Below, piece by piece: positions 19,968-29,405 of a DNA stretch of 61,263 nt. A model generated the notes under the pieces. The model was given only the letters and a program-made list of their open reading frames with translations. It ran no database searches and was not told the DNA's origin. Position numbers and translations under genes: made by a program. Source of the DNA: an uncultured Erythrobacter sp. (lineage in GTDB: Bacteria; Pseudomonadota; Alphaproteobacteria; Sphingomonadales; Sphingomonadaceae); the NCBI GenBank assembly GCA_938015255.1, contig CALLQC010000017.1, positions 1-61,263 on the forward strand. The letters are read 5' to 3'. The first letter of the stretch is position 1. Each line of letters starts with the position of its first letter.

Positions 19968-21359
19968 ATGACGGGACCAAAGGCGAATTGGAATTGGAGC
20001 GCTGGCTTTGACTGGCCCACGTCCGGGCTGGTCTTTCGCATCGCAGCCGCGCTTAGCCTGTTGATTGCTTTCCCGGCGACGACTGCGAATTCCAACACCT
20101 TTGAAGGCGTGGCAAGCTGTGCCGGTTCCACCTGTCATGGCCGCGCCGAAGGGAACGGTTCAGTCGTCCGTCAAGACGAGATTGCTACCTGGCAAGAGCG
20201 TTCGTCGCCGAGTGGTGCACACAGCAGGGCCTTCGCAGTTTTAGCGGGTCGGCGCGGGCAGCAGATTGCCAGCAGCCTTGGCCTTGGAAAAGCGACAGAG
20301 GCTCCAGAGTGCCTGGGATGCCATGCCACCTTTGTCCCGGCCTCGCAGAGGGGCGACCGCTTTCAGACAGCGGATGGTGTCGGGTGCGAAAGCTGCCACG
20401 GCCCCTCAGGTGAATGGCTTGCGGCCCACTATGCGCGGCCTGCCACTCATGGTTCAAACGTTGCCAATGGCCTGACACCGCTTGAAAACCCTCAGGCCAG
20501 AGCAAGTGTTTGTCTCGATTGCCATTACGGCTCCAGCAAGCCAGGGCAATTCGTCACGCACTCAATGATGGCGGCTGGTCATCCCCGTGTTTCGTTTGAG
20601 CTCGATCTGTTTAGCGCGCTCCAGCAGCATCACGATGTCGACGCGGATTATGCAGCGCGCAAAGGCCGTCCAAATGCAGTTCGGTTCTGGGCGGTTGGCC
20701 AGGCAGAGGCTGTGCGAAGGGCAACCAGTCTTTTCTCGGAACCCAGGTTCGGAATGGAAGGGGCATTCCCGCAATTCTATTTCTATGACTGTCATAGTTG
20801 TCACCGCACGATTACCGACGCGCAACAGCGGAAGCTGACTTTCGAAACCAATCCTGGTCGTCCGGTTCCGTTTGGTAGCCCGCCCTTCAATGACGAAAAT
20901 ATTATCATGCTTTCTGCGGTCGCTGGCGCGCTCGTTCCTGCGCAAGCCGAAGGTTTTCGAGCTGCCAGCCGTGATTTTCACCGCGCCATGGGGAAGGGCG
21001 GCGGAGATGCTCGGGCTGCGGCTCAGGTTCTATCGCGCCGGGCTGGAACACTTTCCAATGCGCTAAATCAGCGCGCTTACGGCAACGCTGATGCATTCGA
21101 GGTGATCGGAATTATTTCGAACAAGGCCACCTCAGCGCGCTTTACCGACTATGCTGGCTCTGTGCAGGCTGTCATGGCGATCGACACTTTGCTCAACGCA
21201 CTGGTCAAAGATGGACGCGTTTCGGTTGGCGCTGCGGCTGGAATTCGCGCCAATATCAACCGGGCATATGCTGCCGTCGCAGAGCCAAATACATATCGCC
21301 CGGCTGATTTTCGTTCGGCTCTCCAATCCGCCTCCGGCGCAATTGGCAGGTTGCGTTAA
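19968..21359 (+). CDS. Periplasmic multiheme c-type cytochrome (4 CXXCH + 1 CX4CH; c554-like N-domain)
   Basis: GGGGG RBS; signal/TM segment; motifs CAGSTCH, CLGCH, CESCH, CLDCH, CHSCH; helical C-terminal domain. Confidence 0.9.
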   Translation: MTGPKANWNWSAGFDWPTSGLVFRIAAALSLLIAFPATTANSNTFEGVASCAGSTCHGRAEGNGSVVRQDEIATWQERSSPSGAHSRAFAVLAGRRGQQIASSLGLGKATEAPECLGCHATFVPASQRGDRFQTADGVGCESCHGPSGEWLAAHYARPATHGSNVANGLTPLENPQARASVCLDCHYGSSKPGQFVTHSMMAAGHPRVSFELDLFSALQQHHDVDADYAARKGRPNAVRFWAVGQAEAVRRATSLFSEPRFGMEGAFPQFYFYDCHSCHRTITDAQQRKLTFETNPGRPVPFGSPPFNDENIIMLSAVAGALVPAQAEGFRAASRDFHRAMGKGGGDARAAAQVLSRRAGTLSNALNQRAYGNADAFEVIGIISNKATSARFTDYAGSVQAVMAIDTLLNALVKDGRVSVGAAAGIRANINRAYAAVAEPNTYRPADFRSALQSASGAIGRLR

Positions 21360-21362
21360 GCG

Positions 21363-23315
21363 ATGGCGGGGGGATGGAAAACTCTGGCAGGTGCGCCGCT
21401 CTTGGTGCTCGCAGCTTGCGGGGGCGGCGGAAGCAGCGCCCCCAGCGGTGGCGGGACAGGATCCGGCCCACCCACGCCGCCACCGCCTCCACCTCCTGCG
21501 GCAGGCAACGTGTACAGCGTGCCAGCAGCCGAAAGTCTGAGCGCCGCTGAAGTAGGGCAAGTGATCGCTCAGGCCGCGGCGCAAGCATCCGCGCAAGGCG
21601 ATGTTGCAACCATAGCAGTGGTTGACCGGGTCGGAAATGTCCTGGGCGTGTTCCAAATGCCTGGAGCTGCGGCGACCGTTCGCATCGATGCGGCGCCGGA
21701 TGGAAACAATATCGACGCTCAGGGTCTTGATGTGCCTTCGACCGCCGCCGCTATCGCCAAGGCGATAACCGGCGCGTATCTGTCCAGCGGAGGCAATGCT
21801 TTCTCGTCGCGCACTGCGAGCATGATCGTACAGGAGCATTTTCCGCCTGCGCCAACGACAGTCGGCCTGGAAAGCGGCCCTTTGTTTGGCGTGCAATTCA
21901 GTCAGCTTCCATGCTCTGATCTCGTCGCTAGGGCGAGCGATGGTATGATCGGCCCGCAACGCTCACCGCTCGGTCTTGCTGCTGATCCGGGCGGTTTTCC
22001 GCTTTACAAGAATGGCGTGGTCGTCGGCGGAGTAGGTGTGATGGCCGATGGTCGTTACAGCGCGGATCTGAATGTACTCGATGTCGATAACGACATTGAT
22101 GAAGCTATTGCGCTAGCCGGCACTGTCGGATTCGAAGCGCCTCAGAGCATTCGCGCAGATCGAATCTTCGCTGACGGTACCGCGTTACGGTACACCGATG
22201 CGACATATGCGCAGCTCGCTTCTGTAAGCAGTGCGAGCTTCGCTGGCACGGCAGGCGGTCTGATAGCCGTGAACGGCTATCACCCGGGAACGAGCCTTTC
22301 AGCTGGCACTGTCTATGGCTCGGAGGCATCGGGTATCAGGCCGACACGAGCAGCCGAGTTTGCGATTTCAGATGCGTTTGTTTTGTCGAACGGTGCAGGC
22401 GTAAACCGCTTTCCTGTGCGCGCCGGTACAGATGGCGCCGATATTGCGGCGCCAATTTCTGCAGACGAAGCGCGCACGATTCTCGAAGAAGCATTTACCG
22501 TGATGAGCCGTGCCCGCGCTCAGATACGGCAGCCGTTGGATAGCCGCGCCCAGGTGACAATCAGTCTCGTGGATACACGCGGCCGGGTTCTAGGCATCGT
22601 CCGCTCGCCCGATGCTCCGATCTTCGGGACTGACGTGAGCCTGCAAAAAGCGCGCACGGCGAGCTTTTTCTCGGGCGCGTTCGCGGCCAATGAATTGCTG
22701 GCAGCGCAAGGTGAGGTCCCGCAGTTTGTTCAGCGGGTTCGTGATTTTCTGGGCGATCAAAACGCGCTGACCGGAGCATTCGCCTTTGCAGACAGATCGG
22801 GCGGCAATCTATCCCGGCCATATTTTCCGGATGGCGAAGTGGGCACGCCCCACGGTCCTCTTTCTCGCCCGATCCAGCAGTTCAACCCGTTCTCAACAGG
22901 GCTGCAAAGTGCACTTATCATCGGAAATGTCGGGCAGCACCTCGGCTTTGTGCAGGGAGCAAACGCCGATACCCCCGCAAATTGCACAACACTCCCGCAA
23001 ATAAATCCGGGTGAGAGCCGTCTGGATAACGGCATCCAGATATTTCCGGGTTCGGTCCCTGTCTATCGCGGCAATCAATTGGTTGGCGGTATAGGGGTTT
23101 CAGGCGACGGGATCGATCAGGACGATATGATTTCGTTTCTTGGTCTGCACAATGCGGGCCAATCGGTCGGTGGGATCGGCAATGCACCGGCGGATATTCG
23201 TGCTGACCGTATCATTGTGCAAGTCGGTTCGCGGCAAGTGCGCCTGCGTTATGTGAATTGTCCGTTCGCGCCATTCCTCGACACTCCCGACCAGAACGTT
23301 TGCGAAGGTCTCTAG
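21363..23315 (+). CDS. Lipoprotein with two GlcG/HbpS-like heme-binding domains
   Basis: Lipobox LAAC; Gly/Pro linker; domain 1 IAVVDRVGNVL..AIAKAITG..GGFPLYKNGVVVGGVGV; domain 2 ISLVDTRGRVL..SLQKARTA..GSVPVYRGNQLVGGIGVSG. Confidence 0.82.
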   Translation: MAGGWKTLAGAPLLVLAACGGGGSSAPSGGGTGSGPPTPPPPPPPAAGNVYSVPAAESLSAAEVGQVIAQAAAQASAQGDVATIAVVDRVGNVLGVFQMPGAAATVRIDAAPDGNNIDAQGLDVPSTAAAIAKAITGAYLSSGGNAFSSRTASMIVQEHFPPAPTTVGLESGPLFGVQFSQLPCSDLVARASDGMIGPQRSPLGLAADPGGFPLYKNGVVVGGVGVMADGRYSADLNVLDVDNDIDEAIALAGTVGFEAPQSIRADRIFADGTALRYTDATYAQLASVSSASFAGTAGGLIAVNGYHPGTSLSAGTVYGSEASGIRPTRAAEFAISDAFVLSNGAGVNRFPVRAGTDGADIAAPISADEARTILEEAFTVMSRARAQIRQPLDSRAQVTISLVDTRGRVLGIVRSPDAPIFGTDVSLQKARTASFFSGAFAANELLAAQGEVPQFVQRVRDFLGDQNALTGAFAFADRSGGNLSRPYFPDGEVGTPHGPLSRPIQQFNPFSTGLQSALIIGNVGQHLGFVQGANADTPANCTTLPQINPGESRLDNGIQIFPGSVPVYRGNQLVGGIGVSGDGIDQDDMISFLGLHNAGQSVGGIGNAPADIRADRIIVQVGSRQVRLRYVNCPFAPFLDTPDQNVCEGL

Positions 23316-23317
23316 GG

Positions 23318-25198
23318 ATGGAATTCAATATCCTCCCCTTCGTATTCCTGGTGCAGCCTTCGCAGGAGCCGCCACCGCCACCGCCTCCAGCTCAGCAGGG
23401 GCAGGTGGACACAAATCCGGATGCCCCCGACGGCGAAAAGCCTGAATGGGAAAAAGACGCACCGCCAGTCAATCCGGAGATTATTGACGGCCGGGAACGC
23501 CCGGGTTTCAACGCGCCGTTGCCTGACAAGATAGAGCAGAAGAACGAGGGCGCAATTCGAGCCCCGCCGCCTGAAGCTTTTCCGACCGATCAAGTGCCCA
23601 TCCCAGATCGCTGGCGACTGATTGAGGACCTTGGTTTGGTAAAGGAAGACATCCTCGATCCGTACAATCAGAACACCTACAAGGGCGACCGTCCAATCAA
23701 CCCTGACAAGGTGCCGTGGCTGCCGATCAAGGGCGATGATTGGTTCTTCGTCCTTAACGCCATCAGCGACACCGTCTACGAGCCGCGCACTTTTCCGATT
23801 CCGGTCGGTATCCAAACCACGGAAGACCCGGACCGGCTCGATGTGTTCGGCGATGATTTTTCGACCGTGCTGTCGCAGACATTCATTGTCGGCGCAGCGC
23901 TGCTCAAGGGCAGCACCGCATATAAGCCGCCAAGCGTCGAATACCGGCTGACCCTTGCCTACAACATCAACTATGTCGATGTGCCCGAACGGCGCGTTCT
24001 GTTCGTCGAACCATCGAAGGGAAGCGACCGCCTGGACCAGTTTCTCGGTGTACAGGAAGCATTCGTCGATTACCATTTTACGCAGTTCGACAATGACCGG
24101 TTCGATTTCATCTCTATTCGTGCCGGAATTCAACCATTCCAGTCTGACTTTCGCGGTTTCCTATTCAACGATCAGCAGCTCGGCGTGCGCTTGTTTGGAA
24201 ACCGGGATAACAACCGATTCCAGTTCAATCTCGGCGCGTTCTGGCGGTTGGAAAAGGATACCAATAGCGGTCTGAATTCGGTCGTTCAGAGCCCTCGCGA
24301 CGACTTTGTGTTTATTGCAAACGCATATCGTCAGGATTTCCTGATCCCGGCACTGACCAGTCAGATTACGTTTGCCTACAACCGCAATCGCGAGGCCGAC
24401 GACATCGAAATCGATGACAACGGCTTTCCCGTTCGCCCGGCATTGCTGGGCGATCTGCGCGGGCGCGATTACGATGTGTTCTATCTGGGCTATAACGTTG
24501 ACGGTCGCATTGGCCGTATCAACATCACTGGCAGCGCGTATTGGGCGCTTGGTGAGGATCGCAACAACTTCTTCACCGGTGAGCCCGCTGATATCAATGC
24601 TCAGTTCGGGGCAGTGGAGCTGTCCTACGACAAAGACTGGATGCGCTTTCGCTTGTCCGGTGCTTACGCCAGCGGCGACAGTGATCCGTTTGATGACACT
24701 GAAACGGGTTATGACGCCATTTTTGAAAATCCCGTCTTCGCCGGGGCCGATACATCTTACTGGATCCGTCAGACTATTCCTTTTGCGGGCGGCGGACGGG
24801 CGGTATCGGTCAATGGTCGCAATGGCATTCTGAACAATCTGCGCAGCTCCAAAGAGCAGGGGCAGTCGAACTTCAATAACCCGGGCCTTATCTTGGCCGG
24901 GGCCGGATTTGACTTTGACCTAACCCCGGAGTTCCGCCTGTCGGGCAACGCCAATCACTTATGGTTTGAAGACACGACAACGGTTGAAACGCTCCGAAAC
25001 GAAGGGTCGGTTCCAAAAGAGATCGGCTTCGATCTGTCGGCAGCCGCAATCTGGCGGCCCAAGGCGAACCAGAATATCGTGTTCCGCCTGTCAGCCGCGA
25101 CCTTGATAGCGGGCGACGGTTTTCAGGACCTGTTCGACAATCGCGGTGGCGATCCGAACTTCTATTCGATTTTGGCTAACGTGGTGCTGACCTACTGA
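23318..25198 (+). CDS. Putative outer-membrane beta-barrel (porin-like) protein
   Basis: Alternating amphipathic strands rich in F/Y/W/G/N/D; C-terminal ANVVLTY (BamA-type signal); no Cys; Pro-rich N-terminal extension. Confidence 0.75.
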   Translation: MEFNILPFVFLVQPSQEPPPPPPPAQQGQVDTNPDAPDGEKPEWEKDAPPVNPEIIDGRERPGFNAPLPDKIEQKNEGAIRAPPPEAFPTDQVPIPDRWRLIEDLGLVKEDILDPYNQNTYKGDRPINPDKVPWLPIKGDDWFFVLNAISDTVYEPRTFPIPVGIQTTEDPDRLDVFGDDFSTVLSQTFIVGAALLKGSTAYKPPSVEYRLTLAYNINYVDVPERRVLFVEPSKGSDRLDQFLGVQEAFVDYHFTQFDNDRFDFISIRAGIQPFQSDFRGFLFNDQQLGVRLFGNRDNNRFQFNLGAFWRLEKDTNSGLNSVVQSPRDDFVFIANAYRQDFLIPALTSQITFAYNRNREADDIEIDDNGFPVRPALLGDLRGRDYDVFYLGYNVDGRIGRINITGSAYWALGEDRNNFFTGEPADINAQFGAVELSYDKDWMRFRLSGAYASGDSDPFDDTETGYDAIFENPVFAGADTSYWIRQTIPFAGGGRAVSVNGRNGILNNLRSSKEQGQSNFNNPGLILAGAGFDFDLTPEFRLSGNANHLWFEDTTTVETLRNEGSVPKEIGFDLSAAAIWRPKANQNIVFRLSAATLIAGDGFQDLFDNRGGDPNFYSILANVVLTY

Positions 25199-28100
25199 TG
25201 AAACTTATGCGCGCCTCGATCTTTCAGCAGCTGGCATTGATGCTGGCGATCCTGACTCTTGGAATCGCCGTGTTCTCGAATGAGACGCAGGCAGCGGACA
25301 AGGAAAAGCCGGTTAAGCGCGATTACAGCCGCGTGATTGCGGCGCCTGCCCCAGCGAACCAGTCGGTCGCCCAAATGGAGGCCAAATCAGAAGGCTGCAA
25401 TACCTGTCACGTCAAAACTGACGCGCCGACCATGCATGTGACGCCTGCGGTGCGTCTCGGATGCACTGATTGTCACGGCGGTGATGCGAATGTGCGCGGA
25501 AATTCCGAACTGCCGCACGATCATCCCGATTACGTCGCTGCTCGCGATCGTGCACACGTTCTGCCAAAATATCCTGACAGCTGGCATTGGCCATCATCGG
25601 CGAACCCGAAACGTTCCTATGCGTTGCTCAACAAGGAAGCACCGGAGTTCGTGAAGTTTGTGAACCCGTCTGATTACCGGGTTGCTCGCGAAGCGTGCGG
25701 GGCGTGCCACATCCAGTCTATTGAAGCGGCTGAACGGTCAATTATGGCGACCGGTGCGATGCTGTGGGGCGGGGCCAGTTACAACAACGGAATCCTGCCT
25801 TTCAAAAACTACCTTCTGGGTGAAGCATACACGCGCAACGGCAAGCCGGCGAAACTTGTCTCGCCGACCGGTCCAAGCGGAGAGCTAACGCAAGAGCAGA
25901 AGGCACGCGGGGCACTTGCGGAAATGTACCCACTGCCGACTTGGCACGTAATCCCTCCGGGTGATGTGTTCCGCGTGTTCGAACGCGGCGGACGAACCAT
26001 CAACTCCCAGTTCCCGGAGATCGGCCTGCCGAATCCGACCGGTCAAATTCAGCGTCTCGAAGAGCCGGGCCGCCCGGATCTCAAGCAATCAAACCGCGGA
26101 CCGGGCACAGGTCTGCGCGTGGCGATCCCGGCCCTTAACATTCACAAGACCCGTCTCAACGATCCCTTCACATGGTTTATGGGAACGAACGATCAGCCAG
26201 GTGACTACCGCCATTCGGGCTGTGCCAGCTGCCATGTGGTCTACGCCAATGACCGGGAGCCGCGTCACTCGCTGACCTACGCGAAATATGGTCGCGACGG
26301 GCAGTCGATTACGGTCGACCCGACTATCGCCAATAAGCTGGAAAGTGCAGGCGGTTACGACAAGAAAAAAGGCGGGCACGGCGCGTTGAAAGGACCTGAC
26401 GATCAGAGCGCCTATAAAGATGCGAAAGACGATGGAACGCTTTCGATCGACGGAAAAATGAAGGAAAAGGGGCACCCGCTCCAGCACGTGTTTACCCGTT
26501 CGATCCCGACAGCGCAGTGCATGAATTGCCACATGCACCAGCCCAACATTTTCCTGAATTCCTATCTTGGTTACACGATGTGGGATTATGAAAGTGACGC
26601 GCCGCTGATGTGGCCAAAGGATCAGGCGTATCCGACAGCCGAGGAAGTGCGTGAGGTGATCAAACGCAACCCGGAAGGCGCAGCGCCGCGCGGGAAATGG
26701 GCTGATCTCGATTTTCTGCGCAACGTCTACGACGTGAACGCGGAGGCCAAGGATACACAGTTTGCGGACTACCACGGCCACGGCTGGAACTTCCGCGCGA
26801 TCTTCAAACGCGACCGCGAGGGCAATTTGCTCGATAAGGACGGCAATATCGTCGACAATGACGATCCGGAAAAATGGCGCAAAGAGGGTGAGGGCAAGTT
26901 CGTCGAGCCGGGCACTAATCCCGGCAAGGCTGTCCACCTGATGAGCATCCATGCCGAAGTCGGCATGCAGTGTGCAGACTGCCATTACGAGCAGGATAGC
27001 CACGGCAATGGGCTGATCTACGGCGAAGTCGCCAATGCGATCGAGATTGGCTGCAAGGATTGTCACGGAACGGCCGATGCTTATCCGACATTGCGAACAA
27101 GCGGTCCTGCTGCGCCGCCAAAAGGCCACGATCTCGCGCTGCTCCGCAATCCCGATGGCAAGCGCCGGTTCGAATGGATGGAAGACGAGAAGGGCAATCA
27201 GAAGCTGATCCAGCGTTCGATCGTCGACCCTGATCTGGAATGGGAAGTCAGCCTCGTCCGCGACTCGGTTGATCCGAAAGCGCCAACGTTCAACGCGAAA
27301 TCTGCGCGAGCAAAGCTGATGAGCAAATATGGCGCTGAGACAGGCAATTTTGAATTTGGCAGCGGGGTGGAGGAGAATGACCGCGCGCACCAGGATCCTG
27401 AGATGGCGTGCTTTACATGCCATCTTTCATGGACAACTTCGTGCGGTGGTTGTCACCTCCCGATTGAGGCAAACTGGAAAACAAAATCGCATCGCTACGA
27501 AGGCGGTGAGACCCGCAATTTCGCGACATATAACCCGCAGGTTGCGCGCGACCAGATGTTCCAGCTTGGCAAGCATCAGACGACAAAGGGCAATCAGACT
27601 GCCCCTGTTCGCTCCTCATCTGCATTGGTGCTCAGCTCGACCAATATCAATCGCGAACGCATCTATGTGCAGCAGCCACCAATAAGCGCGATCGGGTTCT
27701 CAAGCCAAGCCTTTGCCCCGCACTTCCCGCATACCGTTCGCGGGACCGAAACAAAGGCTTGCTCGGACTGTCACCTTTCGGAACAAGAAGATAACAACGC
27801 CATCATGGCGCAGCTTCTGTTGCTTGGTACAAATTATGTGAATTTTGTCGGGATGCATGCGTGGACCGGCCTCGAAGGTGGTTTCTCCGCTGTCCGCGTG
27901 ACGGAATATGAAGAGCCGCAGGCCGTGCTTGGGTCTTACCTGCACAAATACGCCTATCCCGATTACTGGCGAATGCATGTCGAAGAGAACGGTCGCGAGC
28001 TGAAAAACTGGGTGCGCGGCAAAGCCTTCGACAATGATTTGAGCGGTGAAACCAAACCGTTCGAAGAATTCGTGAACGTGCATGAGGGCACACCAGGCCG

Positions 28101-29322
28101 AGTAGGCTGCCTGCAATTGCGCGGTGAATATATGTTTGTCGCAGAGGGCAAGGGCGGTTTCCGCGCCTATGATGTTGCCTCGATTGCGAACAAGGGCATT
28201 TCCGAAAGGATCATCACCGCTCCATTCTCGGCACTGGGGCATGACACACATATCGAGACAACCAACGCCACCTGTATGGCCTTGGCAACCAACCAGCCAA
28301 TCGCGCCAACGCGCAACACGGAGCAAATGCGCGAGATCAATCAGGAACAGCCATTCCTGCCGATTTATAATTACGCCGTGATCACAGACGCATCGGAAGG
28401 GCTGATCCTGGTCAATGTGAACACCCTTGCAGACGGTGAATTCCGCAACAACAAGTTCAAGCGGTTTGAATTCGGGGATGGCACGGATGCCTGGAACCCG
28501 GACGGGGTGCTGAACGGGGCGAGCCATGTTCACCTTGCCGGTGAGATTGCCTTCATCACAACATCGCGCGGTCTGGTGGTGGTCGATCTGGCTGACCCGA
28601 AGAATCCCAAAGTGGCTGCCGTCCGAGAGCTTCGAGATGCGCGAGCGAGTGCGATCCAGTTCCGATATCTTTGGGTATCGGATTCTGATGGCGTAAAGCT
28701 GTTTGACGTAACCAATATGCGCAATCCTGTTGCGGTGCCCGAGGGGACCGTGCCGCTTGCGGATGCACGGCGCATTTATGTCGCTCGCACTTATGCCTAC
28801 GTTGCAGGAAAGCAGGATGGTCTCGTAATCATCGATGTAACGCGGCCTAGAGCACCAGAGATCACCCAGAAGGTGACACTGGGCGGTACACTGAACGATG
28901 CAGAAGATGTTATTGTGGCATCAACCAATGCGTCACTGTTCGCTTATGTCGCAGATGGTCGCAACGGCATGAAGGTGCTGCAACTTACCAGCCCAGACAG
29001 CCAGAGAAACTTCTATGGCTTTAGCCCCGAGCCAGTGCCGGAGATGGTTGCGTGGGCGAAGACCCCTTCGCCGGCAATTGCGCTCTCGAAAGGCCTCGAC
29101 CGTGATCGTGCCGTTGATGAGACAGGCGGTCAAATGGCAGTCTTCGGAAGGCTAGGCTCCAGACCGTTCACGCGTCCAGAAATGGAAAAGCTGTTTATGA
29201 CACGTTCGGGTGTTCCATGGAAAGTGACCGACACTGTCGATATGAATGCGTGGATGGGCCGGGATATCGATGAGGCTCCGCGCAGGGTGCGTCGCCGCGA
29301 AGACGAATTTGCCGGCGAATAG
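25198..29322 (+). CDS. Large secreted decaheme cytochrome c with C-terminal LVIVD-type beta-propeller
   Basis: TGATG coupling; Sec signal ending TQA; 10 CXXCH (CNTCH, CTDCH, CGACH, CASCH, CMNCH, CADCH, CKDCH, CFTCH, CGGCH, CSDCH); repeats GLVVVDLADP, GVKLFDVTN, YAYVA..DGLVIIDV, FAYVADGRNGMKVL. Confidence 0.9.
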   Translation: MKLMRASIFQQLALMLAILTLGIAVFSNETQAADKEKPVKRDYSRVIAAPAPANQSVAQMEAKSEGCNTCHVKTDAPTMHVTPAVRLGCTDCHGGDANVRGNSELPHDHPDYVAARDRAHVLPKYPDSWHWPSSANPKRSYALLNKEAPEFVKFVNPSDYRVAREACGACHIQSIEAAERSIMATGAMLWGGASYNNGILPFKNYLLGEAYTRNGKPAKLVSPTGPSGELTQEQKARGALAEMYPLPTWHVIPPGDVFRVFERGGRTINSQFPEIGLPNPTGQIQRLEEPGRPDLKQSNRGPGTGLRVAIPALNIHKTRLNDPFTWFMGTNDQPGDYRHSGCASCHVVYANDREPRHSLTYAKYGRDGQSITVDPTIANKLESAGGYDKKKGGHGALKGPDDQSAYKDAKDDGTLSIDGKMKEKGHPLQHVFTRSIPTAQCMNCHMHQPNIFLNSYLGYTMWDYESDAPLMWPKDQAYPTAEEVREVIKRNPEGAAPRGKWADLDFLRNVYDVNAEAKDTQFADYHGHGWNFRAIFKRDREGNLLDKDGNIVDNDDPEKWRKEGEGKFVEPGTNPGKAVHLMSIHAEVGMQCADCHYEQDSHGNGLIYGEVANAIEIGCKDCHGTADAYPTLRTSGPAAPPKGHDLALLRNPDGKRRFEWMEDEKGNQKLIQRSIVDPDLEWEVSLVRDSVDPKAPTFNAKSARAKLMSKYGAETGNFEFGSGVEENDRAHQDPEMACFTCHLSWTTSCGGCHLPIEANWKTKSHRYEGGETRNFATYNPQVARDQMFQLGKHQTTKGNQTAPVRSSSALVLSSTNINRERIYVQQPPISAIGFSSQAFAPHFPHTVRGTETKACSDCHLSEQEDNNAIMAQLLLLGTNYVNFVGMHAWTGLEGGFSAVRVTEYEEPQAVLGSYLHKYAYPDYWRMHVEENGRELKNWVRGKAFDNDLSGETKPFEEFVNVHEGTPGRVGCLQLRGEYMFVAEGKGGFRAYDVASIANKGISERIITAPFSALGHDTHIETTNATCMALATNQPIAPTRNTEQMREINQEQPFLPIYNYAVITDASEGLILVNVNTLADGEFRNNKFKRFEFGDGTDAWNPDGVLNGASHVHLAGEIAFITTSRGLVVVDLADPKNPKVAAVRELRDARASAIQFRYLWVSDSDGVKLFDVTNMRNPVAVPEGTVPLADARRIYVARTYAYVAGKQDGLVIIDVTRPRAPEITQKVTLGGTLNDAEDVIVASTNASLFAYVADGRNGMKVLQLTSPDSQRNFYGFSPEPVPEMVAWAKTPSPAIALSKGLDRDRAVDETGGQMAVFGRLGSRPFTRPEMEKLFMTRSGVPWKVTDTVDMNAWMGRDIDEAPRRVRRREDEFAGE

Positions 29323-29405
29323 TCCTCCCCAATGGGTTGACGCGCGTTCTGCTGCCGAGCGAATTGTGATTTTCGATTTCGGCGTATGTCAATCACGAGC
29401 GGTGA

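Noticed and set aside
21470-23390. CCG/CCA-rich short repeats near 21470-21497 and 23369-23390
   Set aside because: They encode poly-proline linkers with mixed codons; not DNA repeat elements.
26089-27423. 444-aa antisense ORF (also 23312-24133, 27700-28533, 41153-41980, 43108-43992, 57529-58476, 59081-60010)
   Set aside because: Shadow ORFs opposite well-supported genes; expected from GC-rich codon bias; no recognisable motifs.
19968-29322. Assignment as MtrCAB/PioAB or Nrf/HAO
   Set aside because: Heme spacing, protein sizes and extra domains do not fit; no CXXCK motif seen.
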